Source: the human T2T-CHM13v2.0 reference genome, Homo sapiens
Direction: 5' to 3' (one strand)
DNA: 64,000 nt
NCBI RefSeq assembly: GCF_009914755.1
Contig: NC_060929.1
Part shown: one piece after another, positions 40,668 to 53,608 of the stretch
Numbering within the stretch: position 1 is the stretch's first letter
Layout of the letters: each line of letters starts with the position of its first letter
Program-made: the position numbers and the translations under genes
The notes under the pieces: model-generated
What the model saw: the letters and a program-made list of their open reading frames with translations, nothing else
Told to the model about the DNA's origin: nothing
Databases searched by the model: none

Positions 40668-43560
40668 CAAATATGCTGTTTTCATCATTGATATGCTTAT
40701 ATTACAGATACCAACATTTTCCTAGTTTAAATTTCTTTTTGAAAAGAACAAGAATTCTAGGCCTAATATATGAATTAATTTTAATACAAAGAACAGGGCA
40801 TTTATGTTTGAGTAATCGAGAAAACAGTTCATTCCAGATAAAACAGTCCTTCAGAAAAGAAAATTAGTCACCGTCTTCTAAAGTATGAATGTAAATTGTT
40901 TGCTAGGCCTAAGCAGAATAAAAGATAAGTGAGACTGAACATCTTAAAGCCGAGAAATGAGTAAGGCCTATGGTAAATTGCAGATCAAACTCTTAGTCTT
41001 CAAAGTGGTAAAAAAGGTGATAGGTCCCACACATCAAAAATCTGCTGGCACTCCTTTAGAAAAAATAAATAAATAAATACTTAGCTGAAACAGGCTCTCA
41101 GACTTTCAACTAAGAAATTTAATTATAATAAGCTTTTTCTGCCTGATTGTGATGGCAGAAGTTTTTTTTATAGTGCAGAAATTCAAAAAAATTTGGAAGA
41201 CTAAAGAAATTTAAACATATTAGAGTTTTTAAAGAATATTCTTTCATATTTATTTAGTATGCCTGGAAACAGCTCACAGAATACAGATGCACATTTAGCA
41301 CTGATGCCTTTATTTAATTGTAACACTTCATATTTCCACTAAGCATAGAAAACAGAAATACCATTAAAAATCAGTGACTCTTTTTACTCTGACTGTAGTT
41401 ATGTGAATATATATTTTCCTAGATTTCTATTTCAAATCCCTTTTTTATTCCACTTTAATTTCTACTTTTGTTCACTGTAGGTAAGTTATGTTAAAAGCAT
41501 GTTTATTTGGAAAATATCAGAAGTGCCTAAGATACTACAAATATTAAAGATTAATAAGGCCACTTTCTTCCTTACAACTCTATGTTAATTTCACATTGCT
41601 CACAGGGAAGAATTCTTAGCTTGGACCTTAAGGTCTACATGTGTTGTCCCTGTCTGTCTCTCCAGCCTCGTGTCACACCAAGGTCCTCTTCCTTCTCTAA
41701 GTTCTTACAGGTGCTCACACTGACCATACCCCCACTGCCACCCAACAGCCTCCGCCACACACACCCACATCTGGAATTTCCAAATGTGTATCGATCAGCT
41801 TTCTCTTGGCTTTGATGGATAAATTCCTAGATATCACGTAGTTCTCAGTTCAAATATCATTTCTTTAATGAAGTGATCCCTGAAGTGATACCTGCTATGA
41901 CTAATGACTATTTTAGTGATGTTTACCACATCTGTATCCATATCGTTTAGCTCTAGTCACATTTATAATTTTATGTTCACTTGTCTTTCATTTCCCATTA
42001 GACCTTAAGCTCAATGAGAAAAAAAATCATGCTATTTTTGTTTAACACCATATTTGCAATTATCAGCATAGTATGCGATCCATTAATATTTGCTAATTTA
42101 ATAATGAAATGTTAAATTTGTATAAGTTTCAATTTTAAAAATTCTGCATGAGTTATTAATTCTATCACAGGCACCATCTACTTTTGACTTCAGGAATATT
42201 GTATTTATTTCTCTTGAGACAATTTTATCCCTACAGTTATGTACTTCCTAGAATTTTTTGAAGGCCATACAGCCCTGTTTGTCCAGTTGGCCACGCACGT
42301 TGTATATATTGTATGAGTAACCCACGTGCAAACACACATGGGTGTTTTCAGTCCCTGTGCTCTATTTAGAGTTTACTAAATCATTCTTGTTGGAGCTGGA
42401 AAATAAATTCAAGAAGCGTTTTCTTTTTTTTCCTTAATACTTTATCATGTCTTCCATTGTAACTTGCCTAGCCAAGTGATAAATTTTCAGAGGAATAAAA
42501 GGCAAATTACATATTGGCCAGTTGTTGAAATGCATAGTTAACCAGTAAATACTAAGAAGAAAATGGGCATAAAAAATGTTTTATTCTTTATATAAGAAAA
42601 TGAAGTATAAGGAGGACATGCTGTAAGAGCTTTTGCGTGTTTGGTTGTTTGCCACAGCAGTCGGGGAGTCATAGTGTTAACTATTTTTTTCTATTTTAGG
42701 AAATAGTTGCAGTGAATTATAGCAGGAAGTGAACAGGAGAAACAGACAGACCTGAGTTCAAAGCTTGGGTCAGCTAAATTACTGACAATGCAGTGTAGGA
42801 AAGTGTTTTTTTCCTCTATCTTTATTTTCTCATCATACTAAATTAGAAGTGTAATATCTACCTTGGAGACTATAATTATGGTTAAAATTAATAATTTCTG
42901 TAAAGTAACTATAATAATGATTAGCACATAGCAGTTTTTCAAAATATGGCGTTTGTTACTTTGCTGTTGCCATGAAGATGAAGATTGCTATCAACATTTT
43001 AAGATGGCTGATTAAAAATGGGATCTCTGGTTATAAAATAGGATGTTACTGTGTGCAAAGTACACACAAGGATCAAATTTACGATATTGACTTCACTGGC
43101 TTCATGATCCAACTTCTAAGCTTCTAAGTCAGTACACTGCTAATTGTGCCAAATGGCTTATTTACTGAAAGTATTTAACTCCCAGTCATTGGCTTTCTCT
43201 CTTCATATGTGTTTGATTAATACTTTTCTACCTCTCTTCTTGAAAATCAGTCTAACCTGTCCTTTAAGCCATCCCAACTCAATAATAGAGAATCGCTGTA
43301 AATATAACTATAAACTTAGATATAACTATAGTTCTAATGTATAACATACCTCAGAGAGTACTATTAAACTCAAACAAGAATTTGCACATACTACATCTAC
43401 TTTGTTATATCTATTCTTCTTTTTTAATATTCTGAAGTTCAACATCTGCTCCCAACACTTTGCTGAACTCATTTGCTCGGAGATTAACAGTTATCTCTTG
43501 ATTGGGACACTCAGAACTGACTGTCTTTAGTCACCTTTCTCTTTGATGCCTCATGTTTGA

Positions 43561-43973
<413 letters not shown>

Positions 43974-46276
43974 CCATTCCTTTGTCTTTTTTCCCGATTT
44001 ATTTTTATCTCTTTGTTAAAAACTATGACCATCACCAAAGTTAAGGCCTTGACTTCTCTTCTTGATTTTCTCCACTTATTTCCATGCCTTAACTTGGTGA
44101 TTCTGCAAGGATATCTTGAAAAGCTACGTCAATAGCATGACTTTTCTCTAGATTCCAGATGTTACAGAGTTCTTACTGGATGTTTCTACTAGTGCGCTGT
44201 ACCATTTTGTTAGATACAAATTGCAAAGCCAAATTTATTCAGTTATTACCAAAACTAGATGATTTCTCTCTTGACTTCCATGTTCCTGTAAATGATGCCC
44301 CATTGTCACATAACTAATAATAAAGCATTGTGTTCAATATTTATTATACCCACTTTCTTTTGGTTACTAAGTTCAGAAATTTTTTTCTACAGAGTATCTT
44401 CTGGATTTTCTCCCTTAGCCTCCACTACTCCTGGATTTTACCATTAGTGTCCTGACACTGTTACCCACAACTATATCCCTGTTCCTCTTGGATATCACTG
44501 TTAGTCAAAGCCTCTTAAAGCCAGAATCCAATTACCAAGGTCCTTGCTATAGAATGTTTGATAGTTTCAAATTGATAAATTCATTCTCCTGGGCATGCAT
44601 TTAAACTCTCTTTAATAGAGCCACTCTCTTAAATCTTCTCATTCCATCTGAATTATTTTATTCAAGTGCCACTAACCACACCACATATCCCTTACTCTTC
44701 CTTATACACAGTGAACTCATCCTTTTTCTGTATGCATGTGAATGCTACCCATTCTCCAAAGGCAGTTCATCTATTTACTTTTTTGTGAAGCTTTCCTTTA
44801 TAAGTTGTTCTCTCCTTTGAATCATAGTGATTCTGTCTGATGACAGTGTTTCCCAAGTATGAGTAATTTTTAACAAGGAAAAAAAAAATCCTACCTCTGT
44901 GAATAAAAATAGCAGTGAAGCCTTGAAGGTAGTAGCTTAAACAACTCTGGTTTATAACCTTCAGCAGAGAATTAACCATATCATTTTGCATATTACCTTT
45001 TTAACATGATATTTGCCATTGTATTCAACTCATTTATATAAGGTAGTTATGCCTGTCTTTCCAGTTCAATTATAAGCTCACTGAGGGTAGAGATCATCTT
45101 ACCTGACTTCTGTGTGCAAATAGCCATTATGCATTTGTTTCCATTTTAATTGCTGCGTATTTTGGTCATGTGAAAAAATGACAGTGCTTTTATGTTTAGT
45201 GTTACTGAGAATGGCTTAGTGTTGCTGAAATGTGCAATTCAATAGTTAATTAAATAAACAGTGTTCTTGAATGGAAATTATGATTCTAAAAGCACATGCC
45301 ACTAATTCCAGCCACTACCACCAGGGGGGGTATATGCTACCTTTTGGTATACGCCAAATAACTCAACAGTCTCGGGAAGATGAATAATTAATAAACAGGA
45401 GACAACTCTGGAATTAGCTCTTGTGCCTTTTCTAAAGCTTAGAAGGTAGACTTTTATAAGATACATGGATCTGCACAGAACTACTAAGAACAATATTTTA
45501 ATATAATTGGAAAATAACTTCAAGCAAAAGTAGGCATCTGTTCTCACTATTCTGCACTAAGTGAAACTTGAGTCTGTATTTTTCTGCACATTTTCTCTTA
45601 TCTCACTTTACCTTATCATTTTATTTCTCTTCAAGTATTATATCCCTACATCTGCTGAAAAATGTTTCCTGAGAAGCACCTAATCATGTCTTGGGTCTAG
45701 CTATCTGACATCTTCAGAAATGACCCTAGATTGCTTGGCGCGACCTTACACTTTCTGTCTCCGGCATCGGTTTCAAAACCCTTTGTTAATATCCTCCAGA
45801 AAATGCTTGGTCTCTAGTGTCCTATACTTCAGTACTCCAGGGATTTAGTCCAGGCCTGCTATATTTTCTCCGGCTATATATTCTTTTTCCCCACACTTTC
45901 TAACCTAAAGAAGTTCCCACAACAAAATCTGAGGTTATCTGTTCTATTTCAAGATCCACTGTGTTTCTAACCAGGCTGTTCCACTGGGTTTTTTTTTTCC
46001 CTCCTCACAATTCATAAGGTATCAATGAGATTTTTTTTTTGTTTTACATAAAATAAAAGTGCCTGTTTGTCCTCCGTAGTGCTGTAGGCTCAACATGTTT
46101 CCAAGAAACTTCACTGGAAATCATGACAGCTTTTATATATAAAAATTTTTCTTTACGTAAGTACTGAAATATCATAGCAATAACCAAAACCAAAAGGAAA
46201 ACAAAAGGCAAGTCAATGAAGAAAAGAGATTTTGAAGGAACTCAAGATTTATTTCATGTTTTATTGACTCTTACAG

Positions 46277-46357
46277 GTTATGTAGAAGTGCTGGTGATAC
46301 CTGCTGGAGCAAGAAGAATCAAAGTTGTGGAGGAAAAGCCGGCACATAGCTATTTAG
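46277..46357 (+). CDS. ADAMTS19: ADAMTS19 exon: spacer (GYVEVLVIPAGARRIKVVEEKPAHSYL)
   Basis: ttacag| acceptor and TAG|gtaacc donor; 81 nt, phase 1-1; GY..V..IPAGAR.I spacer motif. Confidence 0.95.
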
Positions 46358-46654
46358 GTAACCTGTGTTACAGACACAGAGAAGATCCAAGTACGAGCCC
46401 AACTCCCTGCCCTGAGAGTTCTATGATGAGGAGGAAGTCAATCTGTTTCTAGTTTTATGTTTGAACTTCCCAGGAACTATCTTTTGTCATATCAAGTAGG
46501 AAAATTTTTCCTTCTCTCCCAAGGACTTCCCAGGAGCAAAAGCAATCTGGTTGTCTGTATGTTTTTGAGGGGTAAAAATTGCTTCCACATGTTAGTCCAA
46601 GATAAAAAAACAAAACAAAACAAAAACCTCATTGAATGATTTGGGTATGATTTA

Positions 46655-46770
46655 TATTCATATATATATATATATATATTTCATAAATATATTTATTTCA
46701 CATATATACATACATTCATATGTACATATTAATTGCATTTATAAATGAATTTATGTATATATATATATAA
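46655..46770. repeat. (TA)n / AT-rich low-complexity tract
   Basis: tatatatata runs. Confidence 0.85.
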
Positions 46771-48171
46771 AATGATCGTTTCGTCAGGAAATCTTGTGGC
46801 GTTTTTGAAGTAATGTTCTACATACTAAAGGACTTGATTTTTTAATGGAAAAGGGTTCTCTCTCTTGCCTCATTTTAGGAAATCTCACCTATGAAGAAAA
46901 CATTTTTAAATTTTTAACTATTCCTTATGAAAAGTACTGTATCAGTTATTTTAATAGTTTAATTAGGTCAATTCATGATTTTAAATATATGAAAAAAATA
47001 CTAAATTGTCAAAATATACGTGCTCATATGTTAAAGTTTCAATCTAATTAAGTCATGTGAAATTAAGTTTTATCTGGCATCCAGAGATAGAGGGACCTAA
47101 TATGATTATGTCAGGCAGACATTTTTCCAGAATTGTAACACTGTGTTTGTATTATCTTTACATACACAAAAAAAGCTCTCAAGCCTATTTTTTTAACAAA
47201 AATAATGTCCTCCCTATTTTTTTTCTTTAATGAGCAATAATGTTCCAACAAGGAATCCTTTGTATATAGAAACAACTCAGCTTACGTGATTGTTTCTACT
47301 CTGCAGTATCAAAAATACATAATCTAAACTCAGATTGAATTTTTTTCAATAGGAGTTGAAGTCTAGGACTAGAAAAATTTGAGGAAAGGGGACTGTAAAA
47401 GGAATTCTTTATCATGTGACACACTCATTACCAATTATTACCATTTGTTCCCAAAATATGCATTGGTATTTAATCTATTTTACTTACTATGGTACAAATA
47501 GATCATACAAGATTTTCAAATACAGATTAAAAGTCCTGATACCCAGTTTTTAGAGACACTGGCCATAATCTAGACAATTTCAATACATTCATTCAATAGC
47601 AGACAAGTTGTTATTACACTTGCATGTATGTTTTCTTTTTTCCAAGCTGGAAAGGAATATAGATATCTCAAATGGAATTTCTCAATTATACAAAATTCTA
47701 AATTATAATATGGGTTTTAGTAACCTGACACATGTGGCTAAATAAGCCAGGCAATATTACAAAGGTGACATCTTCATGCTGTCTCCAATTTCTTACCTCC
47801 CAGTCTCTTCAACCAATCCAGTCCTGTTTCCTGTCTCCCTCTACAGTAAACGCCTTTTATAAGGTCAGCAAATGCCCTCCATGTTGACAAATCCAATGTT
47901 ACTTGACCTGTAAGCAGCATTTAAAACTGTTGACTTCTCCTCATTTCATTAAACACTTATAGGACCACTGGATGCCCCTTACTGGTCTCTTTTGTGAGGT
48001 CTTCAGCCTCTTTGTTTCCAAATATTCCCATACTATGGGGTTCAGGCCTGGGTCCTGATCTTTTCTCTGCTATATTCTGTCCCCAGGGAATTACATCTAG
48101 CTCTATTGTTTTGCATGTTTATTTGACGTAAATTATCAAAAGTTTCATAGGTACCTCAGAAATAATAAGTC

Positions 48172-48598
48172 TGATATAGTTTGGATGTTGTCTCTTCTAA
48201 ATCTCATGCTAAATTCTGATCCTCAATACTGGAGGTGGGGCCTGGTGGGAGGTGATTGGATCATGGGGATGGATTTCTCACAAATGGTTTAGCACCATCC
48301 TCTTGGTGCTGTCCTCACAATAGTGATTTCACGTGAGATCTGGTTACTTAAAAGTATGTGGTATGTACCCCCCACCCTCCTGCCCCTTGCTCCCTCTCTC
48401 CCCATGTGAGATGCCTGCTCCACCTGCACTTTCGGCCATGATTGTAAGCTTCCTGAGGCCCTCATCAGAAGCCAAGCAGATGGCAGCACCATACTTCCTA
48501 TACAGCCCACAGAACCGAGAGCCAATTAAATCTATTTTCTTTATAAACTACCCAGTCCCAGGTGTTTCATGATAGCAGTGCAAGAACAGCCTAACAGA
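48172..48598 (+). mobile_element. MSTB-like MaLR solo LTR
   Basis: tgatatagtttggatg...ggaggtggggcctggtgggaggtgattggatcatgg...ctaacaga; 5-bp TSD aagtc at 48167-48171 and 48599-48603. Confidence 0.88.
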
Positions 48599-49101
48599 AA
48601 GTCCAAAATCAAAAGTCCAAATAAAAAATTTGATTTCCACTCCATGCTAAAACCTCTTCTTCCTTTGGTGTTCTCCACTACAGTGAATGTCACTGCATTA
48701 GTGTCCTATGCCTACTATAACAATTACTGCAAACTTGGTTACTTAAAACAACAAAAATGTATTCCCTCATAGTTCTGTAGGCCAGAAGTCCAAAATCAGT
48801 TTCACTGGGCCAAAAATCAGTGTTTGCAGTGTTACACTATCTCTGGAGACTCTAGGAGAACATCCATTCCCTGCCTTTTCCAACTCTAGTGGCTGCCAGC
48901 ATTCCTTCGCTTGTGACCTTGTCACTCCATTGTCTACCTGCATGGTCTCTTTGCCTTCTCCTTTCCTTCTATGTCCAAATTTTCCTCTTCTCTCTTATAA
49001 GGCCTCGTATTTAAGGCCTACCTGGATAATTCAGGATAATCTCCCATCTCAAGATCTTCAACTTAATATCTGTAATTTTTTAATGTGCCACAGAAGGTAA
49101 T

Positions 49102-49463
49102 TATCTAGTTTGTTTGTGCTGCTATAAAAATACCATAGATTAGGTAGCTTATAAACAACAGAAATGTATTGCTCATAGTTCTGGAGGCCAGGAAGTCCAA
49201 GATCAAGGCACTAATAGATTTGGTGCCCTTTAAGGGCTCATTTCCTGATTTACAGATGGCATCTTCTTGCTATGTCCTCACATGGTGGAAGGAGCTAGCT
49301 AGCTTTCTGGGATAAGGACACTAATCCCAATTATAAGGGCAGCGCTCTTATGACCTAATCACCTCTCAGAAGACTCCACCTTCTAATGCTTCTAATTCTA
49401 ACGTGGGGTTAGGATTTCAACATATAAATTATGGGGGGGGACACAAATATTCAGACCATTGCA
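49102..49463 (-). mobile_element. MSTD/MLT1A-like LTR nested in the MLT1
   Basis: gcttataaacaacagaaat...aagtccaagatcaaggc...ggggacacaaatattcagaccattgca. Confidence 0.8.
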
Positions 49464-49504
49464 GTAGCATTCATAGGTTCCAAGGATTAGGATGTGGGTA
49501 TCTT

Positions 49505-50730
49505 TTTCCCCCTCAATAACATATTTTTTATTGTGGTAAAATATATATCACATAAAATTTACCATCACAGCTATTTTTAAGTGTCAAGTTCAGTTAATTC
49601 AGTGGCATTAAGTACATTTACATTTCAATGAAATCTTTTGAAGGAATACAAAAAACCATTTTAAAATTCATGTGAAATTTTATATACGGAAGTGACCCTG
49701 AATAGTCAAACCAATCTTGAAAAAGAACAAAGCTGGAGGATGCAGACTTTCTGATTGCAAAACTTCCTACAAAGCTATGGTAATTAAAACAGTACGATCC
49801 TGGCATAAAGACAGACATCTAAACCAATGGAAAAGATTAGAAAGTCCAGGAATATATATATGTGTATATATATATATATTCAAATGATTTTCAACAAGGG
49901 TACCAAGACCATTCAACTGAGAAAGGACAGTCTTTTTCTCCGGTGGTGCTGGGAAATCTAGATATCCACATGCAAAAAAAATGAAGTTGGACCTTTGCCT
50001 AAAACTATATGAAAAAGCTTTTTTGTCCAGGGCTTTTGATTTTTGATTACTGATTTAATCTCCTTGCTAATTATAGGTCTATTTATGATTTCTCTTTCTT
50101 CATGATTCAGTTTTGGTAGGTTTTGTTTTGGGAAGTTTGTACATTTCATCTAGGTTATCTAATTTATGGTCCTAAACTTGTTTATAATACTCTCATAATC
50201 CTTTTTATTTCTGTAGCATTGATTATAACAGCCTCACTTTCATTTCTGATTTTAGTAATTTGAGTCTTGTCTTTTCTTTTGTTCCCTTAGTCAGTCTAGC
50301 TAGACTTGTTAATTTTGTTGATCTTTTCAAAGAACTATCTTTTGTTTTGTTGATTTTTCTCTATTGTTTTCTATTCTCCATTTCACTTATCTCTAATCTA
50401 ATCTTATCTGCTTTCTTCTACTAGTTTGGGATTCAGTTTGTTGTTTTTTTGAGATCTTTCTTCTTTTTTAATATAAGAGTTTATAGGTATACATTTTCTC
50501 CCTAGGAAAACCTTTGCTGTGTCCCATAAGGTATGGCTTTGGCATGTTGAGTTTTCATTTGTCTCCAGATAATTTCTAATTCCCCATGTGATTTTTTTTT
50601 CATTGTTGCATTGGTTGTTAGTGTGTTGTTTAATTTCTACAAATTTGTGCATTTTCTGTTTCTGTTTTTGATTTCTAACCTCATCCCTTTGTGGTCAGAG
50701 AAGATATTTTGTATGATATTTACCTTTTAA
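49505..50730. mobile_element. Rearranged L1MB-like element (minus 3' end, plus ORF2 piece, minus ORF2 piece)
   Basis: ttattgtggtaaaata...cagtggcattaagtacatt (antisense 3' end); sense ORF2 at 49624-50015; antisense ORFs 49958-50149 and 50404-50652 (LWDTAK..L.RK.I). Confidence 0.75.
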
Positions 50731-52738
50731 GAGCATAGATAGATATGTGGTGGGGGGTTGTTATTCAGCTCATCATATTCACTAATTTCTATCCAGTAGT
50801 TCATGTAAAAACTGACAGTCTTCCTTGATCCTTCACTTTCTTTACTGCTCTAATGTGACGCATCAGGAAATCATTTCAGTTACTCAAAATTATTACTTTT
50901 TCTCTGTATACACTGACCTCTAACCAAGCCACTCTGTATTACATTGTCCTGCTTTATTTTCTGTATTGCATATCCTTGTCTGAATTTTTTATTTGTTTAA
51001 ATTCTTGCTTTTCTAATGTCAATCTCCATTGTTAATTCTGGAAGGCATTTTGTTCTTTTGTCTACAATATCTAAATCAAAGTCTGGCACACAGGAAATTA
51101 TAGACTTTTTGAGTGAATTTGTTTAAGAAAAAGATGTTTCACACTTGGTTAGTATAGGCCAGTGCATTACATACATCCATAAATCCTCAGAATACCTCTA
51201 TGAAGTAGGCATTATTAATTTCCCAGTTTTTAAAATCTGGTAATAGAGTAACAGAAACTTTAAGTTTCTTGCCCAAGGTTACACATCTAAGAAGCTGTGA
51301 ATCTAGATTTGAACCCGAGGCATCTGGGGATAGCATCTGGGTTCTTAGGCACTGAACCATGCTGCCTCCTTTTTAGTTTTCTTATTTTAAGTAATTGTCG
51401 TCCATGCAACACTTGTGATTTTAAAAAGTACATGTCATATTTGAACACATTTTCTTTAAACTTATCCCATATAACCTCTTTTTCCCCCTTTTAAACCAGG
51501 GTGATCAACTAATTGTATAGAATTAACTCAGAAGGGTATAAATCATGAAATGACTGTTTTCTTCTCTACTCACTGTCTCCAATTCTACTAAATCCCATCA
51601 TTTTTCTCTGTTAGTGACCTCTAAACATAAGTCTCCAATCACTCTTTGTTTTTAAAAGACCACTCAGTTTAAAAGTTGAATCACATATCCGTCTCAGTTA
51701 GTTACCGTAAATTCTCCTTGTGCTTAGCCTTAGGCCTAAGTGAGCAGGGTCTTTTACTTGTAGAAAGAAACACCATCTATGCCCCTAAACAGACTGAATG
51801 CTGCTCTGGAGATTAAATCAATGTTGAAAATACTAGTAATATGTTACCATGTTTATTCAAAAACACATTTCCTTACTTGCTGACTCAGAAAAAAATAATT
51901 CACCTCGGATGAATCAGAGGAAGGGTGCCTTGGAGCACACATTCTTGGAGGGAAAGAGACCGGCTGCATAAACCTAACTAGAGAATAGAAATAGGAAACA
52001 CCCAGTAGCTTCCAGAGACATTGAAGAAGTTGAACTGATGGAACTTGCTGAAAAATAGATGTGAGTGTTGATAGAGGATAAAAATTCAAGGATGACTTCT
52101 AGGTTTCTGGTAAGTAATAGTAACACCAATGTAGGACACATGGATGAGGGGCAAATTTGGAATAAAGAAGAAATGACACTGTGTTGAAATCACAGATTTC
52201 AGGCCTAAAGACTTGGCAAATAGATGCATTTCATAAATCACATTTCCTAAAGGCTCCTTTGGGTATAGGAAGGAAGTCATTGGAAATATTCATCTTGAAA
52301 TAGCTTTAGCAAAAAGAAAAGAAAATAGAACCTTGGCAAACTGATCATTCTTAAAGAAATTAACCTGTCTACATCAAACTATATATTATTTTATAGAGAT
52401 AATTAATCCCTTCCCAATACAATTATTGTTTTTCATCATTCCTTCTTTAAACTGTATTCTTAATTGCAATTATTATTTGCTTTTCTGAAGATTCTGGCAT
52501 TATTGTCTTGTTCGTAATTTATCAAAAAGCCTAAAATGGAAAATACTTCAGATAGACCTATGTTATATCTTTGCAAAATCATTCCATCTCATGAGTTTTT
52601 TAAAAAATCTCAAAAAGGTCATATGGGTCTACTTACCTTCCACGCAGTTTTGTATGTAAAGCACTATGGACAACTTCTCACTAAAAAAAAATTAAAATGA
52701 GCAAAATTCAAAAGAAAAAACACTTTTTATAATGTACC

Positions 52739-53119
52739 TGTCATTTAGTCTCTTTGGGCTGCTATAACAAAGTGCCATGGACTTTGTGGCTTATAAACAA
52801 CAGAAATTTATTTCCCACAGTTCTGGAGGCCAGAAGTGTGAGATCAAGGGTGCCAGCATGGTGGGCTTCTGGTGAGGGCCTTCCTTCTGAATTGCATACT
52901 GCCGACTTCTAGCTGTGTCTTCACATGGCAAAGAGAGAGAGGAAACAAGCTCTCTTGGGACTCTTATAAGAACACTAATCCCATTCATGAAAACTTCACT
53001 CTCATGACCTCATCTAATCCTAATTACCTCCCGAAGACTCCACCTCCTAATAAGAACACATTAGGGGGTAGGGTTTTAACATGAATTTGGGGGAGGGCAC
53101 CAATGTTTAATCCTTAACA
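52739..53119 (-). mobile_element. MLT1A0-like MaLR LTR
   Basis: gggctgctataacaaagtgccat...ttataagaacactaatcccattcatga...aacatgaatttggggg. Confidence 0.82.
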
Positions 53120-53585
53120 CCTCTGAACTGGAAAGAAATTAAAGAACCCTTAGATACTAAAAACAAAGTGGGAACAGGAAGCCAGAGAATTAAGCTAACT
53201 ATAAAGACCCACCTATACTTGATTCTGGTAAGCAGGTGTAGACTTTGAGAGCCACAGGGACTCTGTGGACAGAAAACAAAACCTAAGGCCTTTACAAAGT
53301 GGGAGCTCTAGTAGGAGAGCCCTGCATAAAGCAAGAACTCTAAAGAACTACAACTTCATTGTGGTGGAGAGAGAGAAATTGCACCACAAAAGGTGGAAGA
53401 AAGAAAATGTATCTATATTAACCTTAGTACTAAGTGGAAGTAGAAAAATCAATTTTCCTGAGAATTTATAAGGCAAATCAAACCCTCATATGGGTTTGCA
53501 GCACCAATTTACCTTAACTGTAAAGTTCAGGGCTCTCAAGACTTATATGGTTACTAAGTTGGTTGGCATGTGCAAGTCCAAATCT

Positions 53586-53608
53586 ACACACACACACACA
53601 CACACACA
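53586..53608. repeat. (CA)n microsatellite
   Basis: About 11 CA units. Confidence 0.9.

Larger units (their letters stand above)
48694..50778 (-). mobile_element. MLT1C/D-like LTR in three pieces (48694-49101, 49464-49503, ~50745-50778)
   Basis: aaaacaacaaaaatgtatt..catagttctg...; cattcataggttccaaggattagg; ggggggttgttattcagctcatcata. Confidence 0.7.
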
